A DNA stretch of 64,000 nucleotides from an uncultured virus (IMG/VR IMGVR_UViG_3300037137_003071) (IMGVR_UViG_3300037137_003071); one strand, 5' to 3'. Positions 49,903 through 58,284 are shown, counted from the first letter of the stretch. Translations and numbers: made by a program. Notes: a model not told the origin generated them from the letters alone.

Positions 49903-50015
49903 GCCGCGCGCGTGTGAGAGCGCTGTTCGTTCGTGGGCTGCCCATCCGTGGAGCAATCCAGGAGGTGCACCTCTGTATTCGACGGGCAACGTGGGTGCGA
50001 TCCCACGGCGCGGCA
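49903..50015 (+). ncRNA. tRNA-like RNA family 2, copy B
   Basis: GCCGCGC/GCGCGGC-A, GGA-GCAA-TCC and GGAGGTGCACCTCT hairpins. Confidence 0.65.
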
Positions 50016-50027
50016 CCTTTTCAACAT

Positions 50028-50100
50028 GGGGAACAGTTCACCTGGGGGTGATGGCGCTCCTACAAAGCGCTCGCGGTCGGTCCGATTCCGACGTTCCCTA
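50028..50100 (+). tRNA. tRNA-Val(UAC), C33
   Basis: Cloverleaf with atypical D arm and T-loop TCCGATT. Confidence 0.7.
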
Positions 50101-50106
50101 CGACAC

Positions 50107-50178
50107 GGGGCCGTAGCTCAACGGTAGAGCACTTGGTTGATAACCGAGCGACGAGAGGTTCGACCCCTCCCGGCCCTA
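50107..50178 (+). tRNA. tRNA-Ile(GAU)
   Basis: Cloverleaf. Confidence 0.88.
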
Positions 50179-50184
50179 CGAGAT

Positions 50185-50255
50185 GATGCCGTAGCACAAC
50201 GAAGTGCGGTCGCTTTATAAGCGAAGGGTTGGTGGTTCGAGTCCACCCGGCATCA
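50185..50255 (+). tRNA. tRNA-Ile(UAU)
   Basis: Cloverleaf, loop TT-TAT-AA, A73. Confidence 0.8.
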
Positions 50256-50262
50256 CGATCAT

Positions 50263-50339
50263 GGTGCGCGTAGCCATCTGGTGATGGCGCTGGATTGTGG
50301 CTCCAGCTCAGGCGGGTTCGATCCCCGTCGTACACCCCA
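50263..50339 (+). tRNA. tRNA-His(GUG)
   Basis: G-1:C73, encoded CCA. Confidence 0.9.
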
Positions 50340-50342
50340 GCT

Positions 50343-50414
50343 CGAGCAGTGGCGAAGTGGCATCGCGCCGGTTCGGGGAACCGGAGATCGCAGGTTCGAT
50401 CCCTGTCTGCTCGA
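50343..50414 (+). tRNA. tRNA-Pro(GGG), C33
   Basis: Cloverleaf. Confidence 0.88.
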
Positions 50415-50484
50415 CGAAAGGAGGTCCGGCTGTCAGATCCGCGCCGGACAAGCGTCATAGGATCGAACAAGGAGAACGAACGCC

Positions 50485-51018
50485 ATGGAGTCGACACATA
50501 GAACCCTGGTCCTGTCGCAGAGCTACGAGCCGGTGAACATCGTCTCGTGGAAGCAGGCCATCACGCTCCTCTTCCTCGGCAAGGCCGAAGTGATCGAGGA
50601 GTACGACCGCAACATCAAGACGACCTCGCTCGTCATCAGGATCCCCGCGGTCGTGCGTCTGCTCTCGGCGTTCCGTCGGCACAAGAAGCCGGTGAAGTTC
50701 TCCCGCATCAACATCTACGGCCGCGACAAGTACACCTGCCAGTATTGCGGCACGAAGAAGTCGATCGGCGATCTGACGTACGACCACGTCGTGCCGCGCG
50801 CGCAGAACGGCAAGACGACATGGACGAACATCGCGACGTGCTGCGAGGACTGCAACCGCAAGAAGGCGAACCGCACGCCCGCGCAGGCCGGGATGAAGCT
50901 GCTCAAGGCGCCGGTGCAGCCAACTGCGTCGCCGGTGCTCGTAGTGACCGTGAGCCGCGAGTCGGTTCCCGATGCGTGGCGGGACTACCTGTACTGGACG
51001 TCCGAGCTGGAGGAGTGA
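50485..51018 (+). CDS. HNH endonuclease (McrA-like family)
   Basis: LVL..SYEP, RD.YTCQYCG, DHVVPR..G..TWTN..TCC..CN.KK. Confidence 0.9.
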   Translation: MESTHRTLVLSQSYEPVNIVSWKQAITLLFLGKAEVIEEYDRNIKTTSLVIRIPAVVRLLSAFRRHKKPVKFSRINIYGRDKYTCQYCGTKKSIGDLTYDHVVPRAQNGKTTWTNIATCCEDCNRKKANRTPAQAGMKLLKAPVQPTASPVLVVTVSRESVPDAWRDYLYWTSELEE

Positions 51019-51132
51019 TCGTGCGGCTCCTGCGAAAGATCGTCGCGCTGATCCGGTTCGAGGTCGGGATGTGGAAGGCGCGGTTCTGGTGAACGAAGAC
51101 TGATCGCGGGCGCGCGGCAACGCGCTCGCTTT

Positions 51133-51205
51133 GCCACGTAAGGCTACTGGTGTGGCCGGGTGATTGTCGATCACTTGCGGACGGGTCCGATTCCCGTACG
51201 TGGCG
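51133..51205 (+). tRNA. tRNA-Asp(GUC)
   Basis: Cloverleaf, G73. Confidence 0.82.
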
Positions 51206-51210
51206 CTTCT

Positions 51211-51282
51211 GGGTACGTGGCTCAACGGGAGAGCGCTCGGTTCGCATCCGAGAGGTTGAGGGTTCGATTCCCTTCGTATCCA
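51211..51282 (+). tRNA. tRNA-Ala(CGC)
   Basis: G3-U70, cloverleaf. Confidence 0.9.
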
Positions 51283-51288
51283 CGACAT

Positions 51289-51360
51289 GGGTCCATGGTT
51301 CAACGGGAGAGCGCTCGCATGGCATGCGAGAGGTTGAGGGTTCGATTCCCTCTGGATCCA
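51289..51360 (+). tRNA. tRNA-Ala(GGC)
   Basis: G3-U70, cloverleaf. Confidence 0.9.
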
Positions 51361-51370
51361 CGAGCTGGTG

Positions 51371-51625
51371 TCAGTGTCCCTGGCACGGCCCGGCGCAGAC
51401 CTCGCAGAAACCCTCGTCGAGGGTGTCCTCCGGTGCACTGCCGGCCGGATAGACCACTTCCTCTTCGAGGACGTCGCTGGCCGCATCGGCCTCGCGCACC
51501 CCGGTGTCCCCGCAGTGTGGGCAGAACAAGTCGGCTAGCGATCGCCGCCAGCCCTCGGGGAGCTGATCGAGGACGGCGGTCTCTTGAACGTTGCCGCATC
51601 GCGAGCACACGACGAACGTGGCCAT
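51371..51625 (-). CDS. Small acidic Zn-finger protein
   Basis: CSRCG...LPEGW...FCPHC. Confidence 0.5.
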   Translation of the reverse strand: MATFVVCSRCGNVQETAVLDQLPEGWRRSLADLFCPHCGDTGVREADAASDVLEEEVVYPAGSAPEDTLDEGFCEVCAGPCQGH

Positions 51626-51672
51626 GCATCAAGGCTACGTGAACGCGGGCGGCACCGACAGTTTTTGGCTCT

Positions 51673-51745
51673 GGGCAGGCATGTTCCAAGGAGGCGAGCT
51701 GGATTTGCAATCCGGTTGCGGCGGGTCCGATTCCCGTCCTGTCCA
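51673..51745 (+). tRNA. tRNA-Ala(UGC)
   Basis: G3-U70, atypical D arm. Confidence 0.75.
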
Positions 51746-51758
51746 CGATCGATGTAAC

Positions 51759-51832
51759 GCCGCCAAGGTGCCCGCGGTTCGGCACGCTCGCCTGGTATGC
51801 GAGAGGGCTCGGTTCAATTCCGAGTGGCGGCT
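51759..51832 (+). tRNA. tRNA-Thr(GGU)
   Basis: Cloverleaf. Confidence 0.82.
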
Positions 51833-51847
51833 CGAAGGCTTCGACGA

Positions 51848-51918
51848 TCAGGGGTCGTCTAACGGTAGGACGCTGGCCTTTGGAACCAGCTATGAAGGTT
51901 CGACTCCTTCTCCCTGAA
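51848..51918 (+). tRNA. tRNA-Gln(UUG)
   Basis: Cloverleaf. Confidence 0.88.
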
Positions 51919-51923
51919 CGCAT

Positions 51924-51994
51924 GCATGGGTCGCCAAGAGGCTAGGCACTGCTCTGCAAAAGCAGCAACGCGGGTTCAAATCCCGTCCCATGCT
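51924..51994 (+). tRNA. tRNA-Cys(GCA)
   Basis: Cloverleaf, U73. Confidence 0.88.
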
Positions 51995-52000
51995 CGACTC

Positions 52001-52075
52001 GCTCCTGACGCCTCATAGGAAGGGGCCTCCGTTTTCTAAACGGATCTGTTGGGGGTTCGAGTCCCCCCAGGAGCA
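52001..52075 (+). tRNA. tRNA-Arg(UCU)
   Basis: Cloverleaf. Confidence 0.85.
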
Positions 52076-52097
52076 CGACTGGACGTAGACTTCTCTC

Positions 52098-52460
52098 GTG
52101 TCCTTCATCCTTCCACAGCACGACGAGAAAACAGGACGTCCGATCCTGCCGAAGGCAGAGCTCGTCGACGGCGCGTACTACGTCGGCCGGTGCAGGAACG
52201 CGACGATCGCGCGCTGGAGCGCGACGCGGAACGCCTTCTTCCACTGGAGGCAAAAGTTCGATCGGATCTTCGTCGAGGAGATCCAGCATCCGGTCGACGA
52301 GGAGCACTACGACGTGTTCCGCGTCGTGCGCGTGCTCGCCGATCCGAAGTTTGAGATCCCGTTCGACACCAAGGCCACTTTCGGTGGTCGCGTCGAAGAT
52401 CTCAGCGAGCACGACCACGAGCTGTGGCGTGCTCCAGCAAGTCTGGGTCCCGTAGCCTAG
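52098..52460 (+). CDS. Hypothetical phage-type protein
   Basis: G.YY.G.CRNA..ARW motif; stop lies in the next tRNA. Confidence 0.6.
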   Translation: MSFILPQHDEKTGRPILPKAELVDGAYYVGRCRNATIARWSATRNAFFHWRQKFDRIFVEEIQHPVDEEHYDVFRVVRVLADPKFEIPFDTKATFGGRVEDLSEHDHELWRAPASLGPVA

Positions 52461-52519
52461 TGGATCAAGGCACTCGTTTCCTAAACGGGTCGACGCAGGT
52501 TCGAGCCCTGCCGGGATCA
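52446..52519 (+). tRNA. tRNA-Arg(CCU)
   Basis: Canonical cloverleaf. Confidence 0.9.
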
Positions 52520-52563
52520 CTTCATCATCATCATCGTCATCATCATCGTCGTCGACTACGCAC

Positions 52564-52631
52564 GCCTCCGTACGTGGACGTGACCCGAGTTTCCGAAGCT
52601 CGGTGAGCTGGTTCGAGTCCAGCCGGAGGCA
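52564..52631 (+). tRNA. tRNA-Arg(CCG), truncated D arm
   Basis: Acceptor, anticodon and T arms intact. Confidence 0.7.
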
Positions 52632-52637
52632 CTTCAC

Positions 52638-52709
52638 GCTCTCGTCGTCTAACGGTCAGGACCGTGGCCTTTCAAGCCGCGTGTACGGGTTCGATTCCCG
52701 TCGAGAGTA
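52638..52709 (+). tRNA. tRNA-Glu(UUC)
   Basis: Cloverleaf. Confidence 0.9.
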
Positions 52710-52713
52710 CGAT

Positions 52714-52893
52714 CTACGCGCGCTTCAGCTTCTTAGCCGCGTGCAGCGCGACGCTCAACATCCACGAGCTGAGGCCGAGACCCGTGCTCTTCGCGGTCGC
52801 GGCCAGCACGCGCTTCTGCGCTTCCGTGACGCGGATGAGGATCCCTTTGTCCTTGCGTCCAGTCTTGCGTTGCGTTGTTTTTTTCGCTGCCAT
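52714..52893 (-). CDS. Ribbon-helix-helix regulator (59 aa, absent from the ORF track)
   Basis: MAAKK...KDKGILIRVTEAQKRVLAATAKSTGLGLSSWML; divergent from the TROVE gene. Confidence 0.7.
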   Translation of the reverse strand: MAAKKTTQRKTGRKDKGILIRVTEAQKRVLAATAKSTGLGLSSWMLSVALHAAKKLKRA

Positions 52894-53026
52894 GTCGTGA
52901 TAGCGCTTGTATAGCGTCTCGCGAACGGCGCTGTCAATCGAGCACGGTGTTGGAGGCGATCACGGGATTGACTCCGCTTGCGAATGGCTATACAAACGCT
53001 AGCGTTGAATGGCAGGAGGATTCGCG

Positions 53027-54928
53027 ATGACGACAGCAGCAGCAGAGAAGTTGGGGCCGGCGGAGAAGATCCTCCAGACGCTCCTGAACCACACGGACCA
53101 CATGGTTCACAACCGGCCCGGCATGGTGACGCCGGATGCTCGGCACACGATCGGCGTGCGCTGGGTGCCCGTCACGCACAAGGAGGAGAACGGCCAGAAG
53201 GTCGTCTACGAGCTGACGAAGGCCGGTAAGAAGACGAACAAGATCCGCAGGGGCGTGATGCGCGCCGACAACAAGATCGAGGAGAACGGCAAGGTCGTCG
53301 GAGAGTACCGTGCGCCCGGCATCTACCCCGAGGTCGCCGCGTGGATGTATCGCCAGGTCGCCGAGGTCTGGAAGATGGACAACGAGTTCGCGGCTCGTTG
53401 GGCTTCGCACGCGTTCGGTCAGGAGCACCGCGATCTAAAGGTCGTGCTCGCGGCGTTCATGCTCGTACAAACCCGCAAGGGTGATCCCGTGCTCGACGGT
53501 GGCAAGGTCGCGTTCTACGACGACGACTTCCGCGACATCGGCGAGGCGATGATGCTCATCCATCGTCGAGACGGCAAGGATCTGAACCCGAAGCTCCTGC
53601 TTCGCGTTCACGACCTCTTGAAGATGCCTGGCGTTGCGGCCATCAACCGCGAGCTGGGCTTCGGCAACTCCGCCCGGCGTCCGTTCCTTGGGCGCTGGTC
53701 GAAGGCGGTCGAGAAGTGGCTCCAGTTCCGCGAGGAGAACCCCAAGATGCTCGACGGTCTCATCAAGGCTGGCTTCAAGAGCACCGTGAAGGATCTCGCG
53801 CGGGCGGTCGGCTACAAGCCCGAGACCCCGAAGTTCTTCGAGGCTCTTGGCTGGGCTCAGGACCAGGCCAAGGACGGTCGGCGCTCGATGCTCATCGGCG
53901 TCGAGATGGCCAAGGGCGAGACCTGGGACGAGCTGACCGAGGCACAGGTCTGCGAGAAGATCGTCGCCGAGAAGCCGGACTGGAAGCGCATCGTCGGTCT
54001 TCTGCCGAAGAAGCTCGGTGTCACGCGCGCCATCATGAGTGCTGCCGTCGAGTCAGGCTCTTTGTCCAACAAGGATCTCATCATCCTCACGCCCACGCTC
54101 GAGGAGCTGGGACTCCTGGAGGTCAAGGAGGTCAAGGCGAAGTGGGATCGGGCTTTGAAGAAGGCCGAGGACGACATGCGTGCGGCGAACATCGCTCGCA
54201 ACGTGAAGTCCAAGGACGTCCAGGAGCAGCTCGTCGCTGCGGCTGACACCGCTCTCCAGAAGGCCATCGAGCAGGTGACGAAGAATCTTCGGATCTACGT
54301 CATCATCGACATCTCGGGCTCGATGGGAAACTCGATCGTGAAGGCGAAGCAGCTCCTGGCGAAGTTTCTCCAGGGCTTCCCGCCGGACCGTACGCACGTC
54401 GCCGTGTTCAACACGGCGGGGCGCGTGGTCGAGATCAAGCACGCGTCGGCCGCTGGCGTCGAGAACGCCTTCAAGGGCATCTCGGCGGACGGTGGAACGG
54501 CTCACGGTGCGGGCGTGCTCGCGCTGGAGAAGTTCAAGCCGAAGGACGACGAGGACTCGCTGTTCATCTTCATCGGTGACGGCGGTGAGAAGAAGACGTT
54601 CGACGCGTACGTGACCCAGTCGGGTCTGCGTCCGATGGCGTTCGGATTCCTCAAGCTGCCGGGCGAGAACTTCGGCTGCATCGAGACCACCGCGGCGGCT
54701 CTGGGCATCCCGTGCTTCCCGATCCTGGAGAACACGTTCGAGGACGTCTACGCGATTCCGCGGACCATCCGCGCCCTCGTGGCGGCGACCCCGGTCGGTG
54801 TGGTTGCACGGGTGGCAGCAACGCCGCGCGTGACTCTCGTCGACACGATCCTCAAGACCGATCTGCTCAAGAAGCCTGCTTGGGCATTCTCGGCCCGAGC
54901 TTCCGCTCCGGCGGCTGCAACGGCGTAA
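53027..54928 (+). CDS. Ro60/Rsr-like TROVE-vWA protein
   Basis: AGGAGGA RBS; helical region with AVEKWL...KDLARAVGYKP; vWA MIDAS DISGSM, GGT, IGDG. Confidence 0.75.
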   Translation: MTTAAAEKLGPAEKILQTLLNHTDHMVHNRPGMVTPDARHTIGVRWVPVTHKEENGQKVVYELTKAGKKTNKIRRGVMRADNKIEENGKVVGEYRAPGIYPEVAAWMYRQVAEVWKMDNEFAARWASHAFGQEHRDLKVVLAAFMLVQTRKGDPVLDGGKVAFYDDDFRDIGEAMMLIHRRDGKDLNPKLLLRVHDLLKMPGVAAINRELGFGNSARRPFLGRWSKAVEKWLQFREENPKMLDGLIKAGFKSTVKDLARAVGYKPETPKFFEALGWAQDQAKDGRRSMLIGVEMAKGETWDELTEAQVCEKIVAEKPDWKRIVGLLPKKLGVTRAIMSAAVESGSLSNKDLIILTPTLEELGLLEVKEVKAKWDRALKKAEDDMRAANIARNVKSKDVQEQLVAAADTALQKAIEQVTKNLRIYVIIDISGSMGNSIVKAKQLLAKFLQGFPPDRTHVAVFNTAGRVVEIKHASAAGVENAFKGISADGGTAHGAGVLALEKFKPKDDEDSLFIFIGDGGEKKTFDAYVTQSGLRPMAFGFLKLPGENFGCIETTAAALGIPCFPILENTFEDVYAIPRTIRALVAATPVGVVARVAATPRVTLVDTILKTDLLKKPAWAFSARASAPAAATA

Positions 54929-55025
54929 ACGACTCGATCGCGGAGGCACGCGGTCCATGGTGGTTGGTTCATGACTACTCGCGTGGTCCCGGCGATACGG
55001 GACTTTCGTTTCAAGGAGGGCACTG

Positions 55026-55958
55026 GTGGGCTGGCGCGATCTACTTCAGACGGGCGACGAGAAGGTGACCCTTCCGTGGCTCGGCGGCGGGACGCTGTAC
55101 TCCGCCGCGCAGCGCTGGTCCATCGAGGGTCGCCACCCGAAGGAGTACGGGTGGTTCACGTTCAAGATCGTCAACCGGGGAGCTCGCCTTGCGGGCCCGG
55201 CTGACGCTCAACCGGAGCTACTCCAGCACTCCGTGCGCGGCTACCTGGTCGGGGATCGCATCGTCGCAGACGACGTTCGTGTCGATCCAGATCCGAAGCG
55301 CATTGTGGAGTTCTCCGAGAAGGTGTTCTTGCTCGACGACGGCATCGACCGCTTCGCACGCGTGCGCGCGGGGCGGATCAACAAGGAAGGTCCCCTGGTC
55401 TACCAGGGGCTGGAGATGCCGCTCGGGCAGGAGGACCAGGTACTCGAAGCGTTCCTCGATCAGAAGACGTCGGTGGTCAACCTCAAGGACGTAGCTCCTG
55501 CGCTCGACGCCGCCTTCCGCATGGAGAGCTGGCAGCGCGCGGAGGCCGAGCGCCGACGTGTCGAGCTGGAGCGCATCCGTCGGGAAGAGGAGGAGAAGCG
55601 TCAGAAGGAGGAGCGTCGCAAGGAGCTGGTGAAGAAGCTCGGTGACGGTGAAGGCCGGCGCGAGATGGCGCTCCACGACTTCGACGCCGCCGCGCGCGCA
55701 GCGCTCGCGGTCGGCGGCGCGGTGTTCCTCGATGCGAAGAAGCTGCGGCACAACGAGTGGGCGGTGAAGTACCGGCTCGATCGCCAGCGCTTCGAGTGCG
55801 TCTGCAACGAGCACCTCAGCATCATCGACGCCGGCATCTGTCTCATCGACCACGACACCAACGAGAAGGGGGACACCTTCTTCACTCTCGAATCACTCCC
55901 AGCCGTCGTGCAGCAAGCGCAACGCGAACGACGGCTGGTCATCTTCCGCCACGTGTGA
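55026..55958 (+). CDS. Hypothetical protein with coiled coil and candidate E2-like C-terminal domain
   Basis: AGGAGG RBS; IIDAGICL...FTLESL. Confidence 0.7.
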   Translation: MGWRDLLQTGDEKVTLPWLGGGTLYSAAQRWSIEGRHPKEYGWFTFKIVNRGARLAGPADAQPELLQHSVRGYLVGDRIVADDVRVDPDPKRIVEFSEKVFLLDDGIDRFARVRAGRINKEGPLVYQGLEMPLGQEDQVLEAFLDQKTSVVNLKDVAPALDAAFRMESWQRAEAERRRVELERIRREEEEKRQKEERRKELVKKLGDGEGRREMALHDFDAAARAALAVGGAVFLDAKKLRHNEWAVKYRLDRQRFECVCNEHLSIIDAGICLIDHDTNEKGDTFFTLESLPAVVQQAQRERRLVIFRHV

Positions 55959-55963
55959 TCACC

Positions 55964-56533
55964 ATGAAGCCCATCTACGTACCTGACTACGCCGACGCCT
56001 TGCCGGCAGACCTTGCGATCGTCCCCTGGGGAACGTTCACCGAGGCCCGTCAGGAGTGCTTCATGGCGCTCACGACGACGAACTACACCTACGGCTCCGG
56101 TCGCGGCGTGAGGACGTACACCTCGATTCCGTTCCTGCCCTGGGTCGAAGCGATCCGCCAGCACTTGAACATGGCGCCGTTGATCCACGATGGGCTCGGG
56201 CTCGCGGTCAAGGAGCGCCAGTACAACGTCTGCTTCCTCAACCGCTACGAGGATGCCGGCCAGCACCTCGGGTGGCACGCGGACGATTCGCCGGGCATGA
56301 ACCACGAGCACCCCATCGCGGTCGTGTCCTTCGGGCAGGCGAGAGAGATCTGGTGGAAGCCTCAGGCCGATACCGGATCGATCCCGGACGGTCAGCGACA
56401 GCTCCTCGGACACGGCTCGCTGTTCGTGATGCCGACGCTCTTCCAGCGCGGCTACTTCCACAAGATCCCGAAGGGTGACCGAAAGATGGAGCCCCGCGTG
56501 AGCTTGACGTTCAGGCACTACATCCCGGAATAG
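55964..56533 (+). CDS. AlkB-family 2OG-Fe(II) dioxygenase
   Basis: N.CFLN.Y, GWHADD, VSFG..R, H.IPK, RVSLTFR. Confidence 0.88.
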   Translation: MKPIYVPDYADALPADLAIVPWGTFTEARQECFMALTTTNYTYGSGRGVRTYTSIPFLPWVEAIRQHLNMAPLIHDGLGLAVKERQYNVCFLNRYEDAGQHLGWHADDSPGMNHEHPIAVVSFGQAREIWWKPQADTGSIPDGQRQLLGHGSLFVMPTLFQRGYFHKIPKGDRKMEPRVSLTFRHYIPE

Positions 56534-56542
56534 GACAAGGTC

Positions 56543-57124
56543 ATGAAGTTCTCGGACATCAAGCTCATGGATATCGGCAACACGATCCAGATGGTTGGCG
56601 TGATCTACACCGACTCGAATGGCAAGGGGTTCTACTTCCCGTTCCCGTCCGCCAACGATGAGGGCAAGGATCCGATCCACGTCGAGATGACTCTCGACAA
56701 CTGGAAGGCACTGCTCCGTCAAGCGGATCACACAGAGACCGAGGTGCTCGGTCAGCACGAAGACGGCGAGCTGTACAAGGCGATCGCGCGCAAGTCGCAA
56801 CGCCAGGTCGATACGCAGGTCCAGTGGAACGTCTACCGCCGGGACAACTTCATGTGCCGCTACTGCGGCACCGAGAAGCTGCCGCTCACGGTCGATCACC
56901 TCGTGCGCTGGGAGGACGGCGGGCCAACGATCGAGGAGAACCTCGTGGCTGCCTGCCGAAAGTGCAACAAGGTGCGCGGTGACACTGCGTACGCGGCGTG
57001 GCTTCGGCATCCCTACTACGTCGAGGTCTCGCAGAAGGTCTCGTACGCATACCAAGAGCTGAACCGGCGCATCGCCGACACGCTCGTCAACATCCCCCGC
57101 ACGCCTGTCGTGAAGGACCGCTAG
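56543..57124 (+). CDS. HNH endonuclease with N-terminal extension
   Basis: RD.F.CRYCG, TVDH, NLVAACRKCN. Confidence 0.85.
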   Translation: MKFSDIKLMDIGNTIQMVGVIYTDSNGKGFYFPFPSANDEGKDPIHVEMTLDNWKALLRQADHTETEVLGQHEDGELYKAIARKSQRQVDTQVQWNVYRRDNFMCRYCGTEKLPLTVDHLVRWEDGGPTIEENLVAACRKCNKVRGDTAYAAWLRHPYYVEVSQKVSYAYQELNRRIADTLVNIPRTPVVKDR

Positions 57125-57126
57125 CC

Positions 57127-57522
57127 ATGATCGAAGCCGGAGTTGTTGTCGACAAGAGCGGGAACTCGATGTTCTGGCATCTTCCCGAGGGGCGCTCGGC
57201 GGGGAGCCTTCCCGACAGCCGGACCTTGTGGCAGGTTCTCTGGGACGCGTTCAAGGATGACACGCTGCTCGGGTTCGCACACAGTCACCCGGGCTCCGGC
57301 GTTCCCGGTCCCTCGTACTCGGACGTCACTACGTTCGCGGCCGTCGAAGCCGCGCTCGGCAAGCGGCTCGACTGGTGGATCACCAGCTCGGACCACGTGG
57401 TCCTGATCCGCTGGAGCGGACCCGACAAGATTTCATACCGCGCCACGATCGTTACGGAGGCACCGTCGTGGGTTGCGGAACTGCGACGCCTCTCTCAGCA
57501 CGAACAAGGACAAGGACAATGA
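57127..57522 (+). CDS. JAB/MPN+ metallopeptidase
   Basis: N-terminal E plus HSHP-x6-PS-x2-D JAMM motif. Confidence 0.85.
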   Translation: MIEAGVVVDKSGNSMFWHLPEGRSAGSLPDSRTLWQVLWDAFKDDTLLGFAHSHPGSGVPGPSYSDVTTFAAVEAALGKRLDWWITSSDHVVLIRWSGPDKISYRATIVTEAPSWVAELRRLSQHEQGQGQ

Positions 57523-57860
57523 ACGACATCAAGGACACCGAGGCGCGCGTCAACATCACGTACGGCGGCAAGAACGGCGATCTGCCGGACCCTGTCATGT
57601 TCCAGTCGACCGATGGCGACATCAAGATGTGGGTCACCGAGGCCGTCCGCACCGGCGGCGTTCCGGGGCTCGATGCGACGCCGAACGCCGACTTCGCGGA
57701 CTTCGTCGTCGATCGCTTCGCGGCGAGCGAAGTGCGCCCGTACCATTTGATCGCGATCCGACCGAAGACGCCGTTCGGGTTCGCTTCGTGCAATCACTGC
57801 AAGCAGTGCCTCGCGAAGATCGTCGGGCTGTCGTGCTGCGGGTGCGGAAGCAAGAAGTAG
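57519..57860 (+). CDS. Candidate ubiquitin-like (beta-grasp) protein with Cys-rich C-terminal extension
   Basis: 87-aa beta-beta-alpha-beta-beta pattern ending RPKTPFG, between JAB and E1. Confidence 0.6.
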   Translation: MNDIKDTEARVNITYGGKNGDLPDPVMFQSTDGDIKMWVTEAVRTGGVPGLDATPNADFADFVVDRFAASEVRPYHLIAIRPKTPFGFASCNHCKQCLAKIVGLSCCGCGSKK

Positions 57861-57861
57861 C

Positions 57862-58284
57862 GTGCGACGGATCGCGTTCGACATCGGGGGCGTGCTCTCG
57901 AAGTACCCGGAGAAGTTCCGGCCCTTCATCGTGAAGCTTCTCCACGGCGGCATCGAGGTGTTCGTCATCACCGACATGCACGACGTGGAGAAGATCTACG
58001 AGATGCTGGTCATGAACGACTTCGGGATGATTCCGAAGTCGAACGTCTACTCTGCTGACTACAAGGAGCATGGCGACGGCTGCAAGGCCGAGCTGCTGCG
58101 CGAGCTGGAGATCGATCTGTTCTTTGATGATCACCTACCGTACATGATGCTCCCCGGCGACACGATCCAGGCGCTCGTGATGCCGACCGCCTTCAAGCCG
58201 TACTGGTCCCCCGCGTGGAAAGTTCCTGAGGGCGGCGACGCGGAATTCGGACGGCGGTTCTACAAGAAAGGATGGTTGCTATGA
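57862..58284 (+). CDS. Capless HAD-family phosphatase-like protein
   Basis: IAFDIGGVL, VIT, K, FFDD. Confidence 0.7.
   Translation: MRRIAFDIGGVLSKYPEKFRPFIVKLLHGGIEVFVITDMHDVEKIYEMLVMNDFGMIPKSNVYSADYKEHGDGCKAELLRELEIDLFFDDHLPYMMLPGDTIQALVMPTAFKPYWSPAWKVPEGGDAEFGRRFYKKGWLL

Noticed and set aside
46474..52556. GAC/GAT tract before the array and CAT/CGT tract near its end as long-range complementary ends
   Set aside because: Low complexity; the first tract may simply encode a hydrophobic segment of the minus-strand ORF 45932..46549
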